Assembly (NCBI GenBank): GCA_045595605.1
Contig: JAZOAS010000133.1
Coordinates: 1 to 38,208, forward strand
Source of the DNA: Eubacteriales bacterium
GTDB lineage: Bacteria > Bacillota > Clostridia > Oscillospirales > JAAYXM01
Reading direction: 5' to 3'
Length of the DNA: 38,208 nt
Positions within the stretch are counted from its first letter, which is position 1. The number at the start of each line of letters is the position of its first letter. Of this stretch, positions 1 through 9,099 are shown piece after piece. The notes below the pieces were generated by a model that did not search any database, was not told the origin of the DNA, and saw nothing but the letters and a program-made list of their open reading frames with translations. The position numbers and the translations under genes were made by a program.

Positions 1-1344
1 CAGTTCTGGCTTGCGATGATCGGTCTTAATAAGCTTGGTGCGATTGCGATTCCTGCGACAAACCAGCTCCAGGTTCACGACATCGAATACCGCTTCCAGG
101 CGGCAGGCGTAAACACTATTATCTGTACGGCAGACGGCGATGTTTCGTCATATGTTGATGAGGCGCAGAAAAGCTGCCCCGAGCTTGTCAATAAGCTCAT
201 AGTCGGCGGCGAGCGCGACGGCTGGAGAAGCTTTGATGAAGAGTATAAGCTCTTCAGCTCTCACTTTGAGAGAACAGAAGATTCTCCCTGTGGGGATGAC
301 CTTCTCCTTATGTTCTTCACATCCGGAACAACAGGTTACCCGAAGATTGCGGCGCATAGCCATAAGTACCCGCTCGGTCACTTCCATACAGCAAAGTACT
401 GGCACAATGTTGACCCGGACGGACTTCACTTCACAATCTCCGATACCGGTTGGGCGAAGTCTATGTGGGGTAAGCTTTATGGGCAGTGGCTCTGTGAAGC
501 GGCAACATTTGTTTACGACTTTGACCGTTTTGATGCAAAGGAAATTCTTCCGATGTTTGCAAAACACAAGATAACAACCTTCTGTGCACCTCCGACAATG
601 CTCCGTATGCTTATCAAAGAGGATATCTCGCAGTACGACTTCTCCTCTGTAAAGCATATGTCAACTGCGGGCGAGGCGCTCAACCCCGAGGTTTACAGGC
701 AATTTGAAAAGGCAACAGGCCTTCAGATTATCGAAGGCTTCGGTCAGACCGAAAGCACGATGATTATCGGCAATATGGTCGGCGCTCCGCATAAGATCGG
801 TTCTATGGGTAAGCCTGCTCCGATTTACAATGTCGAGCTTGTCAATGACAAGGGCGAAGAAGTTGCAGTCGGTGAAACAGGCGAAATCGTTATCAATGTA
901 AAGGACGGCTACCCCTGCGGTCTCTTCAGAGGCTATTACCGCGACGAGGAGAAGACGGCTGAGGTTCTCCACGACGGTTATTACCATACGGGCGATACCG
1001 CGTGGCGCGATGAAGACGGCTTCTATTGGTATGTCGGTCGTGTTGATGATGTTATCAAGTCATCCGGTTACCGTATCGGTCCGTTTGAAATCGAAAGTGT
1101 TATTATGGAGCTTCCGTATGTTCTCGAATGTGGCGTTTCTGCTGCTCCCGACGAGGTTCGCGGTCAGATAGTAAAGGCAAGCGTTGTTCTCACAAAGGGA
1201 ACAGAGCCGACCGAAGAGCTCAAGAAAGAGATTCAGACATATGTAAAGGAGCATACCGCTCCGTATAAGTATCCGAGACTTGTTGTTTTCCGCGATGAGC
1301 TTCCGAAGACAGTAAGCGGTAAGATACAGAGAAATAAGCTTTAA
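1..1344 (+). CDS. AMP-forming acyl-CoA synthetase, medium/branched-chain (ACSM-like); 5' partial
   Basis: Frame open from base 1 (QFWLAMIG...). Adenylate-forming motifs FTSGTTGYPK, EGFGQTE, YHTGD, GRVDD, PKTVSGK. Confidence 0.92.
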   Translation, partial: QFWLAMIGLNKLGAIAIPATNQLQVHDIEYRFQAAGVNTIICTADGDVSSYVDEAQKSCPELVNKLIVGGERDGWRSFDEEYKLFSSHFERTEDSPCGDDLLLMFFTSGTTGYPKIAAHSHKYPLGHFHTAKYWHNVDPDGLHFTISDTGWAKSMWGKLYGQWLCEAATFVYDFDRFDAKEILPMFAKHKITTFCAPPTMLRMLIKEDISQYDFSSVKHMSTAGEALNPEVYRQFEKATGLQIIEGFGQTESTMIIGNMVGAPHKIGSMGKPAPIYNVELVNDKGEEVAVGETGEIVINVKDGYPCGLFRGYYRDEEKTAEVLHDGYYHTGDTAWRDEDGFYWYVGRVDDVIKSSGYRIGPFEIESVIMELPYVLECGVSAAPDEVRGQIVKASVVLTKGTEPTEELKKEIQTYVKEHTAPYKYPRLVVFRDELPKTVSGKIQRNKL

Positions 1345-1374
1345 TAAACTATTTATATAAAGGAGAGAAAAACG

Positions 1375-2442
1375 ATGTATAATTTCAAAGTAACAAAGAC
1401 AACTTCTCCGAAAGCGCGTCCCGCAGACGAGTCAAAGCTCGGCTTCGGTAAGGTATTTACAGACCATATGTTCATGATGAACTACACCGAAGGCAAAGGC
1501 TGGCACGACGGAAGAATCGTTCCGTACGAGAAGCTTTCTCTTGACCCGTCAGCTATGGTTTTCCACTACGGTCAGGAAATGTTTGAAGGTCTTAAGGCAT
1601 ATAAGGGAAAAGACGGCAAGGCTCGTCTTTTCAGACCTGATATGAACGCAAAGCGTACAAACGCTACAAACAAGCGCCTTTGCATTCCGGAGCTTCCGGA
1701 AGAGCTTTTTGTTGAAGCTTGTAAGGCAGTTGTAAAGGTTGATGAGGATTGGATTCCGACGGCTCCCGGCACATCACTCTACATCCGTCCGTTCATCATC
1801 GCAACTGACGAGTTCCTCGGCGTTGCTCCGTCAAAGACATATCTCTTTATTATCATCCTTTCACCGTCGGGTGCATACTACGCAAGCGGTCTTGCTCCGG
1901 TTGGTATCTGGATTGAAGACGACTATGTAAGAGCTGTCAAGGGTGGTATGGGCTTTGCAAAGACCGGCGGTAACTACGCGGCTTCTCTCGCGGCTCAGGT
2001 AAAGGCTCACGACGAAGGTTATTCACAGGTTCTCTGGCTCGACGGTGTTGAGAGAAAGTACATCGAAGAAGTCGGTGCTATGAACATCTTCTTTAAGATT
2101 GACGGCAAAATCGTCACCCCGATGCTCAACGGCAGTATCCTCCCGGGTATCACAAGAAACTCTGTAATCGAGGTTTGCAAGTCCTGGGGTTATGAAGTTG
2201 AGGAACGCAGGATAAGCGTTGAAGAGCTTATCACAGCTCAGAAGGAAGGTCGCCTTGAGGAGTGCTTCGGTACAGGTACTGCTGCTGTTATCTCACCTGT
2301 CGGTAAGCTTCGCTACAAGGACGATGTAATGCTCATCAACGATAATACAATCGGCGAAGTAAGCCAGAAGCTCTACGATACAATTACGGGAATTCAGTGG
2401 GGCGAATGCGAGGATAAGTTCAATTGGTCAATTGTTCTTTAA
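1375..2442 (+). CDS. ilvE: Branched-chain amino acid aminotransferase
   Basis: FHYGQEMFEGLKAY, SLYIRP, AKTGGNY (PLP Lys), EEVGAMN, LPGITR. SD AAGGAG at ~1360. Confidence 0.96.
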   Translation: MYNFKVTKTTSPKARPADESKLGFGKVFTDHMFMMNYTEGKGWHDGRIVPYEKLSLDPSAMVFHYGQEMFEGLKAYKGKDGKARLFRPDMNAKRTNATNKRLCIPELPEELFVEACKAVVKVDEDWIPTAPGTSLYIRPFIIATDEFLGVAPSKTYLFIIILSPSGAYYASGLAPVGIWIEDDYVRAVKGGMGFAKTGGNYAASLAAQVKAHDEGYSQVLWLDGVERKYIEEVGAMNIFFKIDGKIVTPMLNGSILPGITRNSVIEVCKSWGYEVEERRISVEELITAQKEGRLEECFGTGTAAVISPVGKLRYKDDVMLINDNTIGEVSQKLYDTITGIQWGECEDKFNWSIVL

Positions 2443-3092
2443 ATAAAAGAGTAACGCTTTTCTGCGGTCACTACGGAAGCGGAAAAACGAATATAGCTGT
2501 TAACTTTGCTATCGCAAAGAGAAAAGCGGGACTTCCCGTAAGCATTGCTGATATCGATATCGTAAACCCATATTTCAGAACGAAGGATAGTTTAAAAGAG
2601 CTTGAGGACGCAGGCGTTGAGGTTGTTGCTCTTCCTTTTGCGAATTCAAGCGTTGACCTTCCTGCGATTCCGTCAGAGGTTATGGGGCTTATTCAGCGCC
2701 GAGATACATATGTTATAATGGATATCGGCGGGGATGACAGAGGCGCGTATGCGCTCGGCAGATACGCCCCTGCGATACTTTCTGAGGGAAATTACGATAT
2801 GGTGTTTGTCGTAAACTTCTACCGCCCGCTGACAAGAACGCCCGAAGAGGCGCTTGAGATAATGCGGGAGATTGAAGCGGCGTGCAAGATTCCCTTTACG
2901 GCTATTATAAATAACTCAAACATAGGAGAGGCGACAACGGTCGAAAAGGTTCTTGAAACAGACCCTCTCGCAAAAGAGCTTTCAAGGATATCAGGCCTTC
3001 CGCTTGTCGGAACAACCGTCGAAGAGTCACTCTGTAAGGAAGATGCAGAAAACGGCTTTATGAGCCTTAAATTACAGGAAAAACTTTTTTAG
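2424..3092 (+). CDS. P-loop ATP-binding protein (CobQ/MinD/ParA-like) associated with 2-oxoacid oxidoreductase operons
   Basis: Walker A GHYGSGKT, DIDIVNPYFR, DIGGDD. TTG start overlaps the ilvE end; start uncertain. Confidence 0.8.
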   Translation: MVNCSLNKRVTLFCGHYGSGKTNIAVNFAIAKRKAGLPVSIADIDIVNPYFRTKDSLKELEDAGVEVVALPFANSSVDLPAIPSEVMGLIQRRDTYVIMDIGGDDRGAYALGRYAPAILSEGNYDMVFVVNFYRPLTRTPEEALEIMREIEAACKIPFTAIINNSNIGEATTVEKVLETDPLAKELSRISGLPLVGTTVEESLCKEDAENGFMSLKLQEKLF

Positions 3093-3105
3093 GAAGGAGA
3101 TTGTT

Positions 3106-3312
3106 ATGGCTAAAGTAACATTCGCGTCGGACATCTGCAAGGGCTGCGGTCTTTGTGTAACTGCTTGTCCGAAGGGCATCATCGCTCTTTCAAAAGATAA
3201 AATCAATAAAAAGGGACACTCTCCTGCGGAGATTACCGACCAGGAGAAGTGCATCGGCTGTGCTTTCTGCGCAACCATGTGCCCCGACTGTGTAATCACA
3301 GTAGAAAAGTGA
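3106..3312 (+). CDS. 2x[4Fe-4S] ferredoxin, delta subunit of 2-oxoacid:ferredoxin oxidoreductase
   Basis: Two CxxCxxCxxxCP motifs; SD AAGGAG. Confidence 0.93.
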   Translation: MAKVTFASDICKGCGLCVTACPKGIIALSKDKINKKGHSPAEITDQEKCIGCAFCATMCPDCVITVEK

Positions 3313-3322
3313 GGTGTTTGAA

Positions 3323-4384
3323 ATGGCAGAAAAAGTATTGATGAAGGGTAACGAAGCTATCGCGGAAGCTGCTATCCGTGCAGGTTGCCGTCATTACTTC
3401 GGATATCCCATTACTCCGCAGACAGAAGTCGCGGCTTATATGGCAAAGAGAATGCCGCAAATCCGAGGAACCTTCCTCCAGGCAGAGAGTGAAGTTTCTG
3501 CTATCAATATGGTTTACGGTGTTGCAGGTGCAGGTTTCCGTGTTATGACATCATCTTCAAGCCCCGGTATCTCGCTCAAGCAGGAGGGTATCTCCTATAT
3601 CGCAGGTGCTGATTTGCCGGCGCTCATCGTAAATGTTCAGCGCGGTGGCCCGGGCCTTGGCGGAATCCAGCCGTCACAGTCTGACTATTTCCAGGCTACA
3701 AAGGGCGGCGGTCACGGTGACTATCACCTCATCGTTCTCACTCCCGAGTCTGTTCAGGAAATGGCTGATATGACAGCTCTTGCTTTCGACCTTGGCGATA
3801 AGTACCGTATGCCGGTAATGCTCCTTGCTGACGGAACAATGGGTCAGATGATGGAGCCGGTTGAGCTTCCCGAGGAGAAGGTAAATGTTATCGAGAAGCC
3901 GTGGGCTGTTACGGGAACAGAAAATAAGCGTGAGCATAATATCATCAATTCTCTCTATCTTAAACCCGAGATTCTCGAGGAAAAGAACTTTGAGAGATAT
4001 GAGAGATATAAGTATATTGAAGAGCATGAAGCAAGACATGAGAGCTTTATGATGGACGATGCTGAAATCTGTGTTGCAGCATACGGTATCGCTGCCCGCG
4101 TTGCGAAAAACGCAGTTGTTGCGGCTCGTAAGGAAGGCATAAAGGTCGGTATGATCCGCCCGATTACAGTATGGCCGTTCCCGAAGAAAGCATTTGCTGA
4201 GGCTGCAGAGAAGGTTAACTCCTTCATCAGCGTTGAGCTTTCAATGGGTCAGATGATCGAAGACGTCGCTCTTGCAACAGAGTGCAAGAAGCCGATTACT
4301 CTCTGCAACCGTTCAGGCGGTATGATTCCGACTCCTGAGCAGGTTCTTGAGGCAATCAAAAAAGCTAACGGAGGTGCGCGATAA
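3323..4384 (+). CDS. vorB: 2-oxoacid (2-ketoisovalerate-type):ferredoxin oxidoreductase alpha subunit
   Basis: KGNEAIA, GYPITPQTE, QAESE, TSSSSPG, RGGPGLG. ATG 3323 follows SD GAGGTG. Confidence 0.9.
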   Translation: MAEKVLMKGNEAIAEAAIRAGCRHYFGYPITPQTEVAAYMAKRMPQIRGTFLQAESEVSAINMVYGVAGAGFRVMTSSSSPGISLKQEGISYIAGADLPALIVNVQRGGPGLGGIQPSQSDYFQATKGGGHGDYHLIVLTPESVQEMADMTALAFDLGDKYRMPVMLLADGTMGQMMEPVELPEEKVNVIEKPWAVTGTENKREHNIINSLYLKPEILEEKNFERYERYKYIEEHEARHESFMMDDAEICVAAYGIAARVAKNAVVAARKEGIKVGMIRPITVWPFPKKAFAEAAEKVNSFISVELSMGQMIEDVALATECKKPITLCNRSGGMIPTPEQVLEAIKKANGGAR

Positions 4385-5136
4385 TGGTAGTATTTGAAAA
4401 ACCGAAAAGTCTTACAAATGCCGAGCTTCACTATTGCCCGGGCTGCTGCCACGGTATTATCCACCGTCTTGTCGCAAACGCTCTTGATAAGCTTGACATC
4501 ACAGGAAAAACAGTAGGCGTTGCTCCTGTTGGATGCGCTGTTATGGCATACGACTACTTTGCTTGCGATATGGTTGAGGCGGCTCACGGCCGTGCTCCGG
4601 CTGTTGCAACAGGTCTTAAGCGCGCAATGCCCGATAATATCATCTTTACATACCAGGGCGACGGCGACCTCGCTTCAATCGGTATGGCAGAGACAGTTCA
4701 CTCTGCGGCAAGAAACGAAAACATCACAATCATTTTCGTTAACAACGCAATTTACGGTATGACAGGCGGTCAGATGGCTCCGACCTCACTTCCGGGTCAG
4801 GTCACTCAGACTTCTCCCTACGGCCGTGATGTTAACACTGCAGGTTACCCGATCAAAGTCTGCGAGATGCTCGCAACTCTTGACGGTCCGCAGTACATCG
4901 AGCGCGTAGCGGTCAACAATGTAAAGAATGTAAAGAAGGCTGAAAAGGCTATTCTCAAGGCTTTCGAGAACCAGGTAAACGGCAAGGGCTTCTCATTCAT
5001 TGAGGTTGTTTCAACTTGCCCGACAAACTGGGGTATGACTCCGGAAAAGGCTCTTGAATGGGTTGACGAGAAGATGATTCCGTACTATCCGCTCGGAGTT
5101 TATAAAGACAAGAGCACCGAAAAGGAGGAAGCATAA
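4384..5136 (+). CDS. 2-oxoacid:ferredoxin oxidoreductase beta subunit (TPP-binding)
   Basis: YCPGCCHG, AHGRAPA, GDGD...NN TPP motif, YGMTGGQ. Stop/start overlap (TAATG). Confidence 0.93.
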   Translation: MVVFEKPKSLTNAELHYCPGCCHGIIHRLVANALDKLDITGKTVGVAPVGCAVMAYDYFACDMVEAAHGRAPAVATGLKRAMPDNIIFTYQGDGDLASIGMAETVHSAARNENITIIFVNNAIYGMTGGQMAPTSLPGQVTQTSPYGRDVNTAGYPIKVCEMLATLDGPQYIERVAVNNVKNVKKAEKAILKAFENQVNGKGFSFIEVVSTCPTNWGMTPEKALEWVDEKMIPYYPLGVYKDKSTEKEEA

Positions 5137-5138
5137 TT

Positions 5139-5675
5139 ATGACTACACAGTTGCTTTTAGCAGGTTTTGGCGGTCAGGGTATCCTCTTTGCAGGTAAGTT
5201 CCTTGCATACGCAGGTCTCCTTGAAGGCAGACAGCTCAGCTGGCTTCCGTCTTACGGTCCTGAGATGCGCGGCGGTACAGCAAACTGCAGCGTTATCCTT
5301 TCAGACGAGCCAGTCGGTTCTCCGATCGTTTCAAACCCCGACATTCTCGTTGCTATGAACCTTCCGTCACTTGATAAGTATGAGGATGCAGTTGTTCCGG
5401 GCGGAATGATTTTCGTTGACTCTACTCTTATCGAGCGCAAGGTAAAGCGCGACGATGTAAAGGTCTTCTACATTCCTGCAACTCAGCTTGCACAGCAGAT
5501 GCAGGCTCCGACTCTTGCGAATATGATTATCACAGGTAAGCTTATCAAAGAGAGCGGAATTATAAAGAACGATAGCATCGACGATACTCTTAAAAAGATA
5601 GTTTCCGCAAAGCGCGCAAACCTCCTTGAGGTTAACTTTAAGGCACTTAAGTGCGGTATGGACTACGAAGGCTAA
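5139..5675 (+). CDS. 2-oxoacid:ferredoxin oxidoreductase gamma subunit
   Basis: AGFGGQG and SYGPEMRGG motifs. Confidence 0.93.
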   Translation: MTTQLLLAGFGGQGILFAGKFLAYAGLLEGRQLSWLPSYGPEMRGGTANCSVILSDEPVGSPIVSNPDILVAMNLPSLDKYEDAVVPGGMIFVDSTLIERKVKRDDVKVFYIPATQLAQQMQAPTLANMIITGKLIKESGIIKNDSIDDTLKKIVSAKRANLLEVNFKALKCGMDYEG

Positions 5676-5685
5676 AGCGAAAGTT

Positions 5686-5720
5686 AAAAGACAATTTCCC
5701 ATTTTGGGAAATTGTCTTTT
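5686..5720 (+). terminator. Intrinsic terminator after the vor operon
   Basis: AAAAGACAATTTCCCA-ttt-TGGGAAATTGTCTTTT, perfect 16-bp inverted repeat. Confidence 0.85.
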
Positions 5721-5740
5721 CTTATTATGTGTGGTATAAT
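5712..5740 (+). promoter_or_regulatory. Sigma-A-type promoter with extended -10
   Basis: TTGTCT-17 nt-TATAAT with TG at -15/-14. Confidence 0.7.
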
Positions 5741-5785
5741 TTAATTGGTATCTTATAGTTTCAAATTGTATTTAGGAGAGTAAAT

Positions 5786-6229
5786 ATGAAGAAGACGATT
5801 ATATGCGTTGTTTGTGTAATAATTGGGGTGATTCTTCTTCGCTTACCGTATCAGATAAATGATCGTGCTTGCTTGGAATATAGAAAAGAAATCGAAGCAA
5901 GCTTTATAGATATGCCGGAAGTTGCGGTTTTGCAAGTGGTCAGCGGTTGTGGAAACAGTAGCGGAACAGGGGATCATACTGATTTATATGTTGCTGTTTT
6001 AGTCGAAACCGGTTTGGATAAGGAAAATCTCGAAAAGGAAATTTCTGACATCGCCGAAATACACGATGTTCGCGAAACTGGTGACAAAACCTTTGCAATG
6101 GATATGATAGATTTAAGCTTTGAAGAAGAAAACTATACTGATAATGCAAATTACTATATTATTGAGTTCTTAAAAGAGTCTCCGTTTGCAGGAACACCGC
6201 TTTCTGCGTTGGATCTGAGGGGATGTTGA
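5786..6229 (+). CDS. Hypothetical N-terminally anchored or secreted protein
   Basis: SD AGGAG. MKK plus hydrophobic N-terminus, acidic body; no family recognised. Confidence 0.75.
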   Translation: MKKTIICVVCVIIGVILLRLPYQINDRACLEYRKEIEASFIDMPEVAVLQVVSGCGNSSGTGDHTDLYVAVLVETGLDKENLEKEISDIAEIHDVRETGDKTFAMDMIDLSFEEENYTDNANYYIIEFLKESPFAGTPLSALDLRGC

Positions 6230-6238
6230 GCATTGTAG

Positions 6239-7117
6239 TTGAACGGGGTGAGGGCATTGATTCAAAAGTATATCTTATTTGCAATAATTGTCGCTGTGTT
6301 AGTTTTGATAATCATCTGGATAGTTTATGGCAATACGGCATTAGAGATAAAAACAATCAATGTTTCAGCCGAAAATTTGCCGAAAGGCTTTGACGGATTC
6401 AGAATAGCGCAGATATCAGATTTGCACAACACTGAGTTTGGAAAGGATAACGAAAAATTGGTTTCTGCATTAAAAGAAACAAAAACTGATATAATTGTGA
6501 TTACGGGAGACATTATAGATTCACGAAGGACAAATATAGACAAAACACTTCGTTTTGCAGACGAGGCGGCAAAGCTTGCACCCGTGTATTATGTGAACGG
6601 AAATCATGAAGCAAGGCTTGTTGAAACTGAGTATGATCGCTTAATAGAAGGGCTTAAGAATGCAGGGGTAAAAGTTCTTGAAAATGATGTTGAGGAAATA
6701 TCAGTCGGAGATGAAGTGATAACACTTATCGGGATAAATGACCCGAAGTTTCCGATGAAACTTGTTGATGATGCGATTGAGCAAAATATAGAACATCAGC
6801 TTATGAGCGTTGTTCCTTCAAATGATAATTATAAGGTGCTTTTAGCTCACCGACCTGAATATTTTGATGTTTATGCAGATAAGGTAGATCTCGTCTTTTC
6901 AGGGCATGCCCACGGCGGACAGTTTATTGTCCCGTATATAGGTGGAATTCTTGCCCCTGGACAAGGTTTAATGCCAAAGTATTATGACGGTATTTATGAT
7001 AAGGGAAAAACGAAGATGATAGTAAGCCGCGGACTTGGTAACAGCATTTTCCCGTTCAGAATAAACAACAGACCTGTTGTGGTTGTGGCGGAACTTAACA
7101 TGTTAACCATAGCATAG
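6239..7117 (+). CDS. Membrane-anchored metallophosphoesterase (YkuE/YaeI-like)
   Basis: SDLH, TGD, GNHE, LAH, SGHAHGGQ, VSRGLG motifs; N-terminal TM helix. Start may be TTG 6257. Confidence 0.9.
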   Translation: MNGVRALIQKYILFAIIVAVLVLIIIWIVYGNTALEIKTINVSAENLPKGFDGFRIAQISDLHNTEFGKDNEKLVSALKETKTDIIVITGDIIDSRRTNIDKTLRFADEAAKLAPVYYVNGNHEARLVETEYDRLIEGLKNAGVKVLENDVEEISVGDEVITLIGINDPKFPMKLVDDAIEQNIEHQLMSVVPSNDNYKVLLAHRPEYFDVYADKVDLVFSGHAHGGQFIVPYIGGILAPGQGLMPKYYDGIYDKGKTKMIVSRGLGNSIFPFRINNRPVVVVAELNMLTIA

Positions 7118-7129
7118 GAGGGCAGTTTT

Positions 7130-7942
7130 ATGCTCGTAGATTTTCATACACACATATTTCCGGACGCCATTGCCCCAAGAGCGATGGAGAAGCTTGCATA
7201 CGCAAGCGGCGGGCTTGTTCCCCAAACTGACGGAACAGTTTCTTCGCTAAAGCGCGAAATGGAAAGAGACGGTGTTGATATTTCGGTCGCACTTTCTATT
7301 GCGACAAATGCAAAACAGCAGACAAATGTAAATAATTTTGCAAAAGCGGTAAACGACGGGAAAACGGTTTTCGCTTTCGGCTCAGTACATCCTGATGCGG
7401 AAAACGCGCTCGACGAGCTTGAGCGCATAAAGGATATGGGGCTTAAGGGTGTCAAGTTTCACCCTGAGTATCAGAAGTTTTATGTTGACGATGAGAAGAT
7501 GAAGCCCATTTACAAAAAAATTTCGTCGCTCGGGCTTATAACTGTTTTTCACGCGGGATATGACTACGGCTATGCACCGCCTTATCACTGTATGCCGGAC
7601 AATCTTCTCGGCGCATTGAAGTGGTTTGATTCACCCGTAATCGCCGCGCATTGGGGTGGCGTAACCTGTGGAGCAGAGGTTATAAAAAAGCTTTGCGGAA
7701 GAGATGTATGGTTTGATTTATCCTTTGGCTACGGTACAATGCCAAAGGCGATAGCGCAGGAGATTGTCGAGAAGCACACGCCTGGCAGACTCCTTTTTGC
7801 GTCCGATATGCCGTGGCACAGACCGTCCTGGGAAAAGAGGCTTATAGAAACTCTTGATATCTCGCAGGACGATAAGGATAAAATCTATTATAAAAACGCG
7901 TTTGAATTATTGAACATCTCAAAAAGGACGGATGAGGCATGA
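7130..7942 (+). CDS. Amidohydrolase-2 family metal-dependent hydrolase
   Basis: DFHTH, GVKFHP, FHAG, AAHWGG, LFASDMP. SD AGGAGG. Confidence 0.88.
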   Translation: MLVDFHTHIFPDAIAPRAMEKLAYASGGLVPQTDGTVSSLKREMERDGVDISVALSIATNAKQQTNVNNFAKAVNDGKTVFAFGSVHPDAENALDELERIKDMGLKGVKFHPEYQKFYVDDEKMKPIYKKISSLGLITVFHAGYDYGYAPPYHCMPDNLLGALKWFDSPVIAAHWGGVTCGAEVIKKLCGRDVWFDLSFGYGTMPKAIAQEIVEKHTPGRLLFASDMPWHRPSWEKRLIETLDISQDDKDKIYYKNAFELLNISKRTDEA

Positions 7943-9096
7943 CAGAGCGTCTTTATGAAAAAAATCAATATATGAGCGAATTTTCGGCAGAGGTTATATC
8001 GTGTACCGAAAACAACGGCCTGTACGGTGTTGTTCTTGATAAAACTGCTTTCTTTCCTGAGGGTGGTGGACAGGCTCCCGACAAAGGAACGATTGACGGT
8101 GTTTCCGTCGTCGATGTTCAGATGAATGACGGAGTTATTCTCCATAAGGTTAATTCTCCTTTCAAGGTTGGTCAGATTGTCTCTGGAAAGATAGATTTTC
8201 CTCTTCGTTTTTCGCGCATGCAGCGCCACTCGGGAGAGCATATCCTTTCGGGAATTGTGCATAAAAGGTTTGGATATAACAATGTCGGTTTTCATATGAG
8301 TGAGACCGAGATGACGGTTGATTTTGACGGCGTTCTTACTCAATCTGACATCGAAGCTACTGAAAAGGAAGTTAACTTTACAGTATGGAAAAACCTTGAA
8401 ATCAAGGCGTTTTTCCCGACTGACGAAGAAACACAGTCAATAGAATACAGAAGCAAGCTTGAGAACATCGAAAACCTCCGTCTTGTGACGATTGAGGGTG
8501 TTGACTGTTGCGCGTGTTGCGCGCCGCATGTCGCAAGAACGGGGGAAATCGGGCTTGTCAAGATAATTGATGCGACCCCGAACAAGGGAGGGACACGCCT
8601 TACAGTTCTTGCGGGTGAGGTTGCAATTTCTGACTATGCGCGCCTCAATCTTGCAACGAAGCAGATGATGAAAACGCTCTCCGTATCGCGCGACGAGGTT
8701 GCGGATTCCGCAAAGCGTCAGGTTGACCTTGTGGGCGCGCTCAGGTATGAAAACGAAGAGCTAAAATGCCGTCTTGCGTGGAGTGAGCTGAAGCCGAAAA
8801 AGGTAAACGGCGCAACACTCGCATTTTGTGAAAAGCTTTCCTATGAGGAGCTAAGGTATTGTTCAAACAAGCTCTCAGAAGGGGGAAGCGAGCTTAATTT
8901 TCTTTTCTCAAGTGAAGACGGAGAGAATTATATCTATGTAATAAGCAGCACAAATCGCGACATAAAACCGATTGTAAAGAGTGTAAATGATGCGCTTGAC
9001 GGTCGTGGCGGCGGAAAGGGAAATTTCGCGCAGGGGAAAATCGTTTCCGATTCAACAGAGGAAATAGAAAACTTTTTGAAAGAGATTTTAGGATAG
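7939..9096 (+). CDS. AlaX-type aminoacyl-tRNA editing protein with C-terminal DHHA1 domain
   Basis: TAFFPEGGGQ, HSGEH (HxxxH), CCAPH (CxxxH), GRGGGKG. ATGA overlap with the upstream gene. Confidence 0.9.
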   Translation: MTERLYEKNQYMSEFSAEVISCTENNGLYGVVLDKTAFFPEGGGQAPDKGTIDGVSVVDVQMNDGVILHKVNSPFKVGQIVSGKIDFPLRFSRMQRHSGEHILSGIVHKRFGYNNVGFHMSETEMTVDFDGVLTQSDIEATEKEVNFTVWKNLEIKAFFPTDEETQSIEYRSKLENIENLRLVTIEGVDCCACCAPHVARTGEIGLVKIIDATPNKGGTRLTVLAGEVAISDYARLNLATKQMMKTLSVSRDEVADSAKRQVDLVGALRYENEELKCRLAWSELKPKKVNGATLAFCEKLSYEELRYCSNKLSEGGSELNFLFSSEDGENYIYVISSTNRDIKPIVKSVNDALDGRGGGKGNFAQGKIVSDSTEEIENFLKEILG

Positions 9097-9099
9097 GTT

